A stretch of 63,019 bases of DNA, the filler included. It is 3 parts of 3 records of this genome, joined end to end, with 100 filler letters (N's around TTAATTAATTAA, not from the genome) between each part and the next. Parts side by side here need not be neighbours in the genome. Positions count along the whole stretch, not along the records: positions 1 to 16,026 come from DRR723986_14593; positions 16,127 to 45,869 come from DRR723986_14684; 1 more part is not named here. One strand, 5' to 3'. The notes below the pieces were generated by a model. That model saw only the letters and a program-made list of their open reading frames with translations. It did not search any database and was not told where the DNA came from. Both the position numbers and the translations under genes were made by a program. This document shows, piece after piece, positions 9,289 through 18,605 of the stretch (position 1 is its first letter; every line of letters starts with the position of its first letter).

Positions 9289-10116
9289 TCATTTCTGGCA
9301 TCGTGGACAATAGAACGTAGAACGCTGTGCTTGTACGATGCGTTTCACTTCGCTTCGGCCGCACTCACACAGTTCTGCGGCGCGATCGTACACACGATGG
9401 TGATTCTGATAGCTTCCCGGATCGTTGAGCGAGTTGCGGTAAGTGCCATCGGACAACGTTGAGCCCTCTTTATCGATAGCTTCCAAGAGTATCGCTAACA
9501 TAAAATCGTAGACACGCTTCATACGCTTTCGCGATACTGCGTTAGAAGCGGTCAGTGGCGAAACGCGGGCGGCGTAGAGGATTTCTGATGCATACAGATT
9601 GCCAACGCCGGCCACCAGTTTCTGGTCCAGTAGAGCAACCTTGATCGGGCGTTTGGTTGCTTGAAAGCGGCGATAGAATTCATCGAACTCGATTTCTAAC
9701 GCGTCCGGCCCCAGTTTTCCATCGATAACTTGCTGTTGGATTTCGTCATGGCGAAGCATCTGGACTCCGCCAAGCCCGCGGCGGTCCCAGTAGAACAGTG
9801 AGAGTGCTCCTTTCCCACGGAACTTCATTTCAAACCGCAGATGTTCTACGCTCGGTACTTCGGCAAGCGTCACTAGTCCGGCCATCTTGGGCTGAAGAAT
9901 CAAAGCGTGATCTGGAAGATTCACCAGAACGCGTTTTCCTAAACGAGTCACCGACTCAACCCGCTGACCGACAACAGCCTTGCGGATCCCACGAACACTC
10001 GGAAGTATCTGAATTGGCTTCAGTTTGCACGGTGGCAAGGCAATTTCAGCCACCTCGCGTCCCACGATCGGCAGCACACCGCGTCGCATTGTCTCGACTT
10101 CTGGCAGCTCTGGCAA
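9289..10116 (-). CDS. mutM: Formamidopyrimidine-DNA glycosylase (Fpg)
   Basis: N-terminal PELPEVET, H2TH motif LLDQ..VAGVGNLYASEILY, C-terminal zinc finger RSTFYCPRCQ; TTG start. Confidence 0.96.
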   Translation of the reverse strand: MPELPEVETMRRGVLPIVGREVAEIALPPCKLKPIQILPSVRGIRKAVVGQRVESVTRLGKRVLVNLPDHALILQPKMAGLVTLAEVPSVEHLRFEMKFRGKGALSLFYWDRRGLGGVQMLRHDEIQQQVIDGKLGPDALEIEFDEFYRRFQATKRPIKVALLDQKLVAGVGNLYASEILYAARVSPLTASNAVSRKRMKRVYDFMLAILLEAIDKEGSTLSDGTYRNSLNDPGSYQNHHRVYDRAAELCECGRSEVKRIVQAQRSTFYCPRCQK

Positions 10117-10287
10117 AACTCACACCTTCTGGGAAAAACAACTTTGACAATACCGCCCCTCGATGCCGTCTAGCAACCTTGCCCCTTTAGAAACCTATGT
10201 CGGCAAGTTGCCCATCTAATCATCTGCAATGAAACCACTGACGTAACATGTCGACTGAGCCATCGGGCCGATCGAGCTTACTATTCA

Positions 10288-11985
10288 TCAAGTCTTTCGA
10301 CCGAACCGGCGACGGCGGCGTCCCGTCTTTTTCCGAGCACCTTTTGACGTCCCCTTTTCACTGGGCTCAGCGGGAGTTTCGGCTGCGTCGTCGTCAGTGG
10401 ACTGCGAGGCTTCCCGTTGATCGCTCAAGTGCTCGTCTTGTTGATCAATTTCCGCATCTTCATCAGCCAAATCAACATTGCTCTTCGCGCTCGGCTTTCT
10501 CGGACGCGTACGAGGCACTCCGGCCACGCTGCCAGCTTCCCCACCACCTGCACCGGCCAGAATACTTTGGCGGTCGAAGTGCAGAAGCTCACGTTGGAGA
10601 ATCGAAAGAAGCGTTTGCAGCATTGCAACAACCATAGGACCAACGACGATTCCAACCGGTCCCAACGTCTGAACGCCGCCTAAAACACTAAGAAGGGCCA
10701 GCAGCGGATGCAACTGCGATTGCCCATGCAGTACAAACGCCTTTACGACGTTGTCGATAGTTCCCACGACGATGACGCCCCAAGTCGCCAACAAGCACGC
10801 AGGCAACACTCGCCCCTCGTACAGCCCGATGTAAAGGCAGACAGGCACCCAGATTACGGCAGGCCCCACAAATGGCACCATGGCAAAAACGGTGGTCAGC
10901 ATGACGAGCAGGATCAAGAAGTCCATGCCAGCAAAGTAGTAGCCGATCCCAGCCGTCAAACCTTGTGTAATTGCAGACAGAATCGTTGCCAGCACCACCG
11001 CTCGACTGATACGTTCAAATTCCAGCAACAACTCTTGTTCGTAGGCATCATCCAACGGACTCAGTCGCATGACGGCTTTTGTCATCGCGGGCCCGTCGTA
11101 CAAGAAGAAGAAGGTCGCGACGATCATAATCACACCGCCAAAGACCAGCTTGATCATCAACGCGCCAGTTGCACCGGTGATGGACAACAACCTAGGCTGA
11201 ACAAACTTGAGAACCTGGCCACTCCACTGCTCAATCTTGTCGTCGGTTGGGTTGGCCCATTCTCGCGCCAGGGCTTTCATCTGCCCGCCGAGCAAATCCG
11301 TTTTCAGATCACCAAACGAAGTTCGCAGTTCGACGGCCAATCGTGTCGCGGCACCAAACTCCTCCGTGGGCTGTCCAACAGCCGCCGCCAAGCCTTGAAG
11401 TTTTTCGAACAACGCCAGGCGTTTTGCACTCAGAATCTCTTCAGCAGGTACCTCGCTCGGTTGTTGGTTGCGAGCATCCGCCCGCAACTCGGCCTCAACT
11501 TGCTTTCTCAGATCAGTTATGGTGCCGACTGTTTTCTCGCCTAGTCGAACGAGTTTCGCGTCTCCTTCATCAAGCTCACTGGTCGCATCCGCGATTTCGC
11601 CAACCTCGGCCTCCAGCGTCCGCAGGGTTGATTCGTAGCTTGGCATCTGCAGACCAAGCGAATCACGGACGGCCCGAAAGCGGAGCGACACTGTGCGTGC
11701 ATTCTCATTCTTGACCAGTCGCAGACCTTGAACGGTTGCTGTCGGAACGATAATCCCAATGGGCAGACTCATCAGCAGCAGGATCAAACACGTCGTAACC
11801 GCCGCGGCAATCTGCTCTCTTTGACCGCACCGTTCAAGCACCCAGTGGTGCAGGGGGCGGAAAACGACCACCAACACGGCAGCCAGAAAGACCGGCACAA
11901 AGAACCCAATAAGCACTTTGTAGAACAGCAAACCGATCACGATGATGATCGCTATCAGCACAGCAAATGAGATCAGTCTAGACAT
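10288..11985 (-). CDS. AI-2E (PerM/TqsA) family transporter with a large soluble insertion
   Basis: AI-2E-like motifs (FFFLYDG, MVPFVG, IDNVVK, LHPLLALLSVLGG…G.VVGP); 565 aa versus roughly 350 typical. Confidence 0.85.
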   Translation of the reverse strand: MSRLISFAVLIAIIIVIGLLFYKVLIGFFVPVFLAAVLVVVFRPLHHWVLERCGQREQIAAAVTTCLILLLMSLPIGIIVPTATVQGLRLVKNENARTVSLRFRAVRDSLGLQMPSYESTLRTLEAEVGEIADATSELDEGDAKLVRLGEKTVGTITDLRKQVEAELRADARNQQPSEVPAEEILSAKRLALFEKLQGLAAAVGQPTEEFGAATRLAVELRTSFGDLKTDLLGGQMKALAREWANPTDDKIEQWSGQVLKFVQPRLLSITGATGALMIKLVFGGVIMIVATFFFLYDGPAMTKAVMRLSPLDDAYEQELLLEFERISRAVVLATILSAITQGLTAGIGYYFAGMDFLILLVMLTTVFAMVPFVGPAVIWVPVCLYIGLYEGRVLPACLLATWGVIVVGTIDNVVKAFVLHGQSQLHPLLALLSVLGGVQTLGPVGIVVGPMVVAMLQTLLSILQRELLHFDRQSILAGAGGGEAGSVAGVPRTRPRKPSAKSNVDLADEDAEIDQQDEHLSDQREASQSTDDDAAETPAEPSEKGTSKGARKKTGRRRRRFGRKT

Positions 11986-12202
11986 GGCAGAGGTGGATTC
12001 TCGTGTTTCGAAGCGAAGTTTCGAATTTCGCCCATCATTCTAGGCAATGTGCGGCGAACAGAATAAGGTGTGCAGGTAGCTTAAAGGCTGCATTTCTTGC
12101 AAAGCTGGTCACTTTCGCGGCAGCAAGCTCGCTCGGAGCCAAATCGAGCGTTCAATAGGCCTGCTGCAACTTGGACGACGACCGCAATCGAATCACCTAC
12201 GG

Positions 12203-13291
12203 ATGGGAGAGAAGCAATTGGAGAAAGGAACTCGCGGTCTCGCCAAGCTGCTCTTGCGCATCGTCATTCTTGGTCTCGTCGCCTGGGGTATCTATCAGTC
12301 GTTCCAAAAAGCTCGGCATGAATTAGTCGTTCAACAAGCGGATCTACTTGAGCAAGCGAGTGAACTTAGGGCAGAGTCAGCCGGCCTTGATGGCACTGCG
12401 AAACAGAGGATGCTGGACAGAGCACAAGAGTTGGAAACAGCTTCGCGAAACTTCTGGCGTCCCAATTTTCCTCTCCTCCTGCTCGGAGTAGTCTTGTACG
12501 CCATCGGCATGCTTCCCTCGGCACTCTACTGGAAACGCTGCCTGCAGACACTTGGGCAACATACACGTACACTCGAGACGCTTTGGGCCTATTTTTTGGG
12601 CAATCTAGGAAAGTACTTTCCTGGCAAAGCGATGGTCTTGATTCTTCGAGTCGACGCTCTCAAGCATCGCGGCGTTCATAAAGCAGCGACAGTGGTCAGC
12701 ATCTTTATGGAAACACTAACGCTCATGGCCGTAGGTGGAGCCATATCAGCGGTAGCTCTCATTCTTCTCAACGTCGACTGGCGACTGACGGTTGCGGCTA
12801 CCGGACTCTTGGCAGTCACCTTCGTCCCAACGATCCCACCGGTGCTCCGGCGTGTCATCCGAGTAATCAAAAAAAACTTGCCCGCCGAGGAGATCGACCA
12901 GCTCTGCCGGCAAATTTCATGGCGCAATACACTGGTGGGCTGGTTCTACCTCTCGATTAGCTGGACTTTCATGTGCGGTAGCTTGCTGGCCATCATTAGC
13001 GCGTTACCGACGGTGACCGCGGAGCAGGCATCCGTGGCGACGACAATCTTAGCGGCATCCGCCGCGTGTACGCTGGCCGTCGTGTTAGGATTCGTTTCGC
13101 TGATTCCCGGTGGCGCAGGTGTACGCGAGGTCGTACTGTCACTCATTTTGTCTCCCGTCGTTGGCCCGGTCGCTGCATTGAGCACGGCGGTTTGGATGCG
13201 GTTGGCATGGCTTTTCACCGAACTGGCGATGGTTGGCGGCCTTGCAATGATGAAAAAGCTCTGGGGATTTCGTGCTGAAAACGGCCCTTAA
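12203..13291 (+). CDS. Lysylphosphatidylglycerol-synthase TM domain (flippase-like) membrane protein
   Basis: Motifs YFLGNLGKYFPG and SLIPGGAGVRE; multiple TM helices. Confidence 0.85.
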   Translation: MGEKQLEKGTRGLAKLLLRIVILGLVAWGIYQSFQKARHELVVQQADLLEQASELRAESAGLDGTAKQRMLDRAQELETASRNFWRPNFPLLLLGVVLYAIGMLPSALYWKRCLQTLGQHTRTLETLWAYFLGNLGKYFPGKAMVLILRVDALKHRGVHKAATVVSIFMETLTLMAVGGAISAVALILLNVDWRLTVAATGLLAVTFVPTIPPVLRRVIRVIKKNLPAEEIDQLCRQISWRNTLVGWFYLSISWTFMCGSLLAIISALPTVTAEQASVATTILAASAACTLAVVLGFVSLIPGGAGVREVVLSLILSPVVGPVAALSTAVWMRLAWLFTELAMVGGLAMMKKLWGFRAENGP

Positions 13292-13389
13292 ACGACCGGA
13301 TCTACCCGCTATTTCAAGGTGGTTTCGCGAACGAGACAAATCTTCGAGAATAGTGCCTTCGCCATTATCGCTTGCATCAGGATTTGAAC

Positions 13390-14382
13390 ATGCTTTCCAT
13401 TGTCGTGCCGGTCTTCAACGAGGAAGAGAGTCTTGGCGAATTGTGCGCGAAGATTGACGAAACCTGCAGTGCGGAGGGAATCGACTATGAAATTGTCTTC
13501 GTCGACGATGGCTCAACTGATTCGTCCTGGGAACAGATTGAGAAGCACTCTAGCGACCGAATCCTAGGCATTCGATTCCGTCGGAATTTTGGGAAGGCGG
13601 CCGGGTTATCTGCCGGCTTTCAAGCGGCTCGCGGTGAAACGATCATCACCATGGATGCCGATTTGCAGGACGATCCGAACGAAATACCGCGGCTACTCAA
13701 GAAACTCGACGAAGGATACGACGTGGTATCGGGCTGGAAAAAAGTTCGCCACGATCCCTGGCATAAAGTGTTGCCGAGCCGCGTATTCAACGGCATGATC
13801 AGTTGGCTGACTGGCGTTCACTTGCACGACCACAACTGCGGCCTGAAGGCATATCGTCGTGCCGTGATCAAGGAAGTGAACCTTTACGGAGAAATGCACC
13901 GCTTCATCCCGGTGCTCGCTGCAGCGAAGGGGTTCCGCGTTTCCGAGTTGGTGATTAAGCACCACGCAAGGATGCACGGGCATTCCAAATACGGTTTTGA
14001 ACGCTTCATCAAAGGCTTCTTGGACTTACTGACTGTCTACTTCCTGACCGGTTACGGCAATCGTCCGCAGCACTTAATCGGCTCGGTCGGCCTGGCATCA
14101 TTCCTGGCCGGATCACTAGGATTGTTCCTTCTCAGTATTTTGTGGGTGCTGAGTCGATTATCGGAGACGTGGGAAGATGTCCACTTACACGCTAGCGCCA
14201 TATTTTACTTCTGCATTGTTGGCGTTCTGTTAGGAGTACAACTGCTTTCGCTCGGGTTCTTGGCTGAGCTGATTACGGCGCGCAGTCGTGACATGCAGAA
14301 TCCTTACTGCATCTCGGACCGAACGCCGCGAGCGTCGAAGCGGCCTGCCGCTGATTTGGAAAGCGAAACGATCGATGGATAG
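13390..14382 (+). CDS. GT2 polyprenyl-phosphate glycosyltransferase (ArnC/GtrB/DPM1-like)
   Basis: SIVVPVFNEE, FVDDGSTD, RNFGKAA, MDADLQD, GEMHRFIP; two C-terminal TM helices; ATG 13390 preferred over TTG 13372. Confidence 0.93.
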   Translation: MLSIVVPVFNEEESLGELCAKIDETCSAEGIDYEIVFVDDGSTDSSWEQIEKHSSDRILGIRFRRNFGKAAGLSAGFQAARGETIITMDADLQDDPNEIPRLLKKLDEGYDVVSGWKKVRHDPWHKVLPSRVFNGMISWLTGVHLHDHNCGLKAYRRAVIKEVNLYGEMHRFIPVLAAAKGFRVSELVIKHHARMHGHSKYGFERFIKGFLDLLTVYFLTGYGNRPQHLIGSVGLASFLAGSLGLFLLSILWVLSRLSETWEDVHLHASAIFYFCIVGVLLGVQLLSLGFLAELITARSRDMQNPYCISDRTPRASKRPAADLESETIDG

Positions 14383-16000
14383 CGGTTCCGATCAGACGCC
14401 AAACGTTCGCAGCGATGCACCTGCGAATTGGTCTACCTGGATTTTGATAGCCATCATCTCTAGCGGCTTCTTTGCCCAGCTCAGTCGAATCGTTCAGGTA
14501 CGTTCGTCTACCGGTGAAGTGCCGTTTTTGAGTGCGAATGACCGCAGTCGTTGGTGCACTATCGCCGCCCTCTCAACTCAACGAAGCTACGAGATCGACG
14601 AAATCCTCGAGATACGCGATCCCAACACGCGTCGTCGAACTTGGTACTCGATCGATTTGGTCCAGCATCGCGGGCCCGACGGCAAGCAGCACTTTTACAG
14701 CAGCAAACCACCGCTCCTACCCACGATGCAGTATTGGGTTTACCGCGCAGTGCGGGCGACCACCGGGCTAACGCTGATGCAAGACACGTTTGCAACAGCC
14801 CGAATCATGCTCGTGCTGATTAACCTCATCCCGTTGACGCTGTTTTGGTGCATGATTGCGTTTTGGGCGAAGCGCGTTTGCGACAACGACTTGGCTTGCG
14901 TGCTCATCACGTTGTTTATCGTGTGGGGGAGCTTCCTAACCACGTTTGCTAGCTCCCTAAACAATCATCTGCCCGGCGCAATTGCTGTCGGCTTGTCTTT
15001 ACTGTTGATCTGGCGGATCGTCGAGAAACGAAGTCCGTCGATCTGGAATTTTGTGGTTTGCGGTCTCTGCACATCATTTGGCGTCGCCAACGAACTACCG
15101 GCCCTTAGCTGGCTCGCTGCGGCAGGTGCGATATTGTTCATTGTGGATTGGAGGCGGACTCTCCTGGGCTATCTGCCTGGACTTCTGCCGGTCGCGATCG
15201 CATTCTTTGCTACAAACTTTGCCGCCCACGAAACGCTGAAGCCCGCTTATGCACACCGCAATTATGCTGAAAAAATCGCCGACCTCTCTGAACTAGCAAA
15301 TGCACCGCCATCGGACTTACAATCTGTAAAGTCCGCCCTCAATGCTGCTGGTATAGATGTCTCCGCGGAAGCGGTCTTGCGTCCTGCTCGGCGCGATGGC
15401 GTTCTGGAGGTTTGGGATCCGGCCGACGAGACTCGCCTGGCAATCGTCACCGATCAAGATAGCGGCAGCGTTGCAGCTCACCGTTGGGGCGACTGGTACG
15501 ACTACCCCGGCAGCTACTGGGTCAGCGGACAGAAACAGGGCGTCGACAAAGGGGAACCTAATCGGGCGAAGTACATTTTCCACTGCCTGCTTGGACACCA
15601 CGGCATCTTCAGCCTGACGCCATTTTGGTTCATCGCATTGATTGGATGCGGAACCATTTGGCAGGGACGCAGCTCAAGCAATTTCTTCAAGGATCATCAA
15701 CTTCTGATGATGCTTGCCGTGGTCGCGACCAGTCTCGTTTCTATCGCGTTCTATCTGGCACGGCCGCTTGAAGACTGCAACTATGGAGGTGTCTCGAGTG
15801 GTTTTCGCTGGGCATTCTGGCTGTCGCCGCTGTGGGTCTGGCTTTGCATGCATGCTCTCGCGCGCGGTGGTCGTCGACTTCACGCAGTGGCCACTTGCCT
15901 AATCGCTTTGAGCGTTTTCTCGGCCACGTTTGCGTGGTCAAATCCCTGGGTCAGCCCTTGGCCAATGCAGTTGCTTCAGTGGCTGGGGCTGCCAACCTAG
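14375..16000 (+). CDS. Polytopic membrane protein, probable GT-C-fold glycosyltransferase
   Basis: First loop with NDRSR and YSSKPPLLP (resembles the KPP motif of ArnT/PMT-type enzymes); about 10 TM helices; start overlaps the GT2 stop. Confidence 0.65.
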   Translation: MDSGSDQTPNVRSDAPANWSTWILIAIISSGFFAQLSRIVQVRSSTGEVPFLSANDRSRWCTIAALSTQRSYEIDEILEIRDPNTRRRTWYSIDLVQHRGPDGKQHFYSSKPPLLPTMQYWVYRAVRATTGLTLMQDTFATARIMLVLINLIPLTLFWCMIAFWAKRVCDNDLACVLITLFIVWGSFLTTFASSLNNHLPGAIAVGLSLLLIWRIVEKRSPSIWNFVVCGLCTSFGVANELPALSWLAAAGAILFIVDWRRTLLGYLPGLLPVAIAFFATNFAAHETLKPAYAHRNYAEKIADLSELANAPPSDLQSVKSALNAAGIDVSAEAVLRPARRDGVLEVWDPADETRLAIVTDQDSGSVAAHRWGDWYDYPGSYWVSGQKQGVDKGEPNRAKYIFHCLLGHHGIFSLTPFWFIALIGCGTIWQGRSSSNFFKDHQLLMMLAVVATSLVSIAFYLARPLEDCNYGGVSSGFRWAFWLSPLWVWLCMHALARGGRRLHAVATCLIALSVFSATFAWSNPWVSPWPMQLLQWLGLPT

Positions 16001-16026
16001 TGCGAGTCGCACGGACGTATAGCGTT

Positions 16027-16126
16027 NNNNNNNNNNNNNNNNNNNNNNNNNNNNNNNNNNNNNNNNNNNNTTAATTAATTAANNNNNNNNNNNNNNNNNN
16101 NNNNNNNNNNNNNNNNNNNNNNNNNN
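16027..16126. other. Artificial contig linker (44 N + TTAATTAATTAA + 44 N)
   Basis: Six-frame stop sequence flanked by N runs; base composition and gene phylogeny change across it. Confidence 0.98.
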
Positions 16127-16161
16127 CAACGCTGCGCGTCTACCAATTCCGCCACGGCCGC
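16127..16161 (-). tRNA. tRNA-Leu (probably GAG), 5' half only, truncated at contig edge
   Basis: Reverse complement GCGGCCG-TG-GCG-GAATTGGTAGA-CGC-G-CAGCG-TTG: acceptor strand, Leu-type D arm, anticodon stem and loop starting TT-G. Confidence 0.85.
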
Positions 16162-16244
16162 ACATGAGGTTGCGGATAGCTATCAAATAACCATTCGGGC
16201 CGCAAGAACAAAAGCAAGATTAATCCGAGATTAAAACTAGCGCG

Positions 16245-16487
16245 CTAAACCTGAAGCTGGCTCATCATTCTGGTGATGGATACACCTATTTTTTCGCCGA
16301 CAATCATAATCTCGCCGCGCGCCACCAACTCGCCGTTCGCATATATCCAACATTCATCTTCGTGCTTGGCGTCCAGATCAATCACCGCGCCTCGGCCCAT
16401 TTTCAAAAGCTGGCGCACCGGCATCATTGATCGACCAAGCACGACACTAATTTCAACGCTAACTCTGCCAACTGCCTGAACATTCAT
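16245..16487 (-). CDS. Stand-alone FliM/FliN C-terminal (SpoA) domain protein
   Basis: VEISVVLG..M.V..LLKMGRGAVIDLD…IYANGELVARGEI. Confidence 0.85.
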   Translation of the reverse strand: MNVQAVGRVSVEISVVLGRSMMPVRQLLKMGRGAVIDLDAKHEDECWIYANGELVARGEIMIVGEKIGVSITRMMSQLQV

Positions 16488-16670
16488 GGTTTTGTCTCTG
16501 CTCGCTTCTAAAAAAGTGATGGATTGCTTTCTGATTCCGCTAACAATCGCAGTCGAGGGTTATCATATCGTTAACCATGATTATTTTTCTGACTATATTT
16601 ACCGCCTAATTGGCTTGGCCAAATTGCAAAAAACGGGTAAACCGCCATAACAGCGCATAAAGGATAAATA

Positions 16671-17468
16671 ATGCCTCAAGCCAATAACCAAACTGGCCAC
16701 AACCTTGAATGGCGGATCAGCGATAATCTGGTCAGCTACCCGGACGCGCTTACAGAAATGGAAGCGCGCGTACAGGCCATTCGCTCGGGTGAAGCCCGTG
16801 AATTGGTCTGGCTTCTGGAGCACCCTCCGCTTTACACTGCAGGTACAAGCGCCAACCCGGCCGACCTTGTCGACCCGGACCGTTTTCCGGTCTATGACGC
16901 CGGCCGTGGCGGGCAGTATACCTATCATGGCCCCGGCCAGCGCGTTGGCTATTTCCTGCTAGACCTGAAAAAACGCGGCCGCGATGTACGGCAATTTGTT
17001 TATAGCCTTGAGGAAGTTATCATTCGCTCGCTCGCGGCTTTTGGTGTAACCGCTGAACGGCGCAATGGTCGTGTCGGCGTTTGGGTTACCCGTGATGATG
17101 GCCGCGAAGAAAAAGTGGCCGCCATCGGTGTGCGCGTGCGCCAATGGGTTACTTATCACGGCATTTCCATCAACGTTGAACCCGACCTTAGCCATTTTGA
17201 CGGCATTGTACCTTGCGGTATTGCAGAGCACGGTGTCACCAGCATGACCGACCTGGGCCTGCCAATCACCATGAATGACCTGGATGTAGTGTTGAAAGAC
17301 GTGTTTGACGAAGTGTTCGGCCTTGAAACACGCCCCATGCATCTTGAAGTGCAACCAGCACCAGACAGCAAGCCCGCTAAAATGCCCTTTGAGGCCATGC
17401 CAACTGAAGACGGCATGCAAGACACCTCAAACCCTATTGAAGACACCCACCCAGTTTTCCAGATTTAA
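16671..17468 (+). CDS. lipB: Lipoyl(octanoyl) transferase
   Basis: [39 protein letters not shown]. Confidence 0.96.
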   Translation: MPQANNQTGHNLEWRISDNLVSYPDALTEMEARVQAIRSGEARELVWLLEHPPLYTAGTSANPADLVDPDRFPVYDAGRGGQYTYHGPGQRVGYFLLDLKKRGRDVRQFVYSLEEVIIRSLAAFGVTAERRNGRVGVWVTRDDGREEKVAAIGVRVRQWVTYHGISINVEPDLSHFDGIVPCGIAEHGVTSMTDLGLPITMNDLDVVLKDVFDEVFGLETRPMHLEVQPAPDSKPAKMPFEAMPTEDGMQDTSNPIEDTHPVFQI

Positions 17469-17693
17469 TGCCGAACGCATTGCAGTTGGCTTACTAGAAC
17501 AAATTACTGGGCAGGATAAAAATCCTGATAATCGCATTGCATCGGCATGATATGGCCCGCCCGATATGCTAAAATTTCCGATAAAATGCTGCGCAAACTC
17601 CGTGAATCTAGCAGAGTTCTGATTGCAGTTTCCATAGTCGTCAACTATACAATAAATTCTCTCGGTAGTTAAAATTCAAAATGGGGTGCGGTT

Positions 17694-18251
17694 ATGAAAA
17701 AGAAATTAATTTCGGTAGGTGCACTGCTCCTGTTCAGCGGTTCGATTTATTCCATTCAATCAAGCGCTGATCCGTTAGAGTCGTTACGTACATTCAGTCA
17801 GGAATCAAATGTTGAAAAATTACTGGGTGTTGCGTTGGGGAAAAACGTTGAAGCCGAATTTACAAAAGCTACGATAATCGATTTTTTTCGCCTTTTTAAC
17901 AACGAGGATTATGCAGCAATTCATGACACTTTAATCCACGACAAAGCCAAGGTGTTAAAGAACACCGCCTATTTTACAGCTACACTGTCAGAAATTAAGG
18001 CTAAAACCGGAGAGTATGCCACTGGTTCACAAAGTGGGTTTGGAATGGGAGTGTATACCTGGGCCACCGATCAGACTGGCGTAAGATTAGACAAATCATT
18101 AACATTAAACACGAAAACGATAAGATGGCAGGGAGAATTTGAAAACGGCACATTTTACTTCGAATTCAAATTTACCAAAGACAGCAATAAGTTGATTGAA
18201 ATAGAAGCTGCAGATAATCAGCTTTCCGCAACGTTCGAGCGATCATTTTGA
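17694..18251 (+). CDS. Hypothetical exported protein
   Basis: MKKK + hydrophobic signal peptide (…QSSA-D); visibly more AT-rich than neighbouring genes. Confidence 0.7.
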   Translation: MKKKLISVGALLLFSGSIYSIQSSADPLESLRTFSQESNVEKLLGVALGKNVEAEFTKATIIDFFRLFNNEDYAAIHDTLIHDKAKVLKNTAYFTATLSEIKAKTGEYATGSQSGFGMGVYTWATDQTGVRLDKSLTLNTKTIRWQGEFENGTFYFEFKFTKDSNKLIEIEAADNQLSATFERSF

Positions 18252-18311
18252 TCTTGGATTACGTACCAGAAACTACGAATTACGAAGGCCGTTTACGAAC
18301 TAAAATAGAGG

Positions 18312-18605
18312 CTAAACCGTTGGTTTAACCTCAAACCGCTTGGCAGCAATGCCTGCAGCCAATTCCGTTTCAATGCGATCAACTTTGGCAAGTTTCGGCC
18401 CGCGCATGCAAAGCGCCAGCATCCTGTCCACCACGTGGGGAGGGCCGCATAGTAAGGCTTCCACGGTGCCATCTTCGCGGTTACGCACCCAGCCATACAG
18501 GCCCAATCTTTGTGCTTTCGATTGCACCCAGCCCCGATACCACACCTTTTGCACCTTGCCGTATACACGTGCTCGCACAGCTTTAAAATCAGCCTCGTTG
18601 CTCAT
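18312..18605 (-). CDS. acyP: Acylphosphatase
   Basis: VYGKVQKVWYR and GWVRNREDGTVE motifs; 97 aa. Confidence 0.9.
   Translation of the reverse strand: MSNEADFKAVRARVYGKVQKVWYRGWVQSKAQRLGLYGWVRNREDGTVEALLCGPPHVVDRMLALCMRGPKLAKVDRIETELAAGIAAKRFEVKPTV

Noticed and set aside
9289-9375. Fpg zinc finger beginning CxC rather than CxxC
   Set aside because: Four Cys are still present; minor spacing variant
10708-11544. 278-aa plus-strand ORF
   Set aside because: Antisense shadow of the AI-2E gene with no recognisable motifs
16071-16082. TTAATTAATTAA palindrome (also at 45914-45925)
   Set aside because: Synthetic six-frame stop linker inside N runs, not biological
17305-17550. 81-aa ORF overlapping the lipB 3' end as a frameshifted gene remnant
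   Set aside because: No recognisable family or convincing start; cannot be supported by eye
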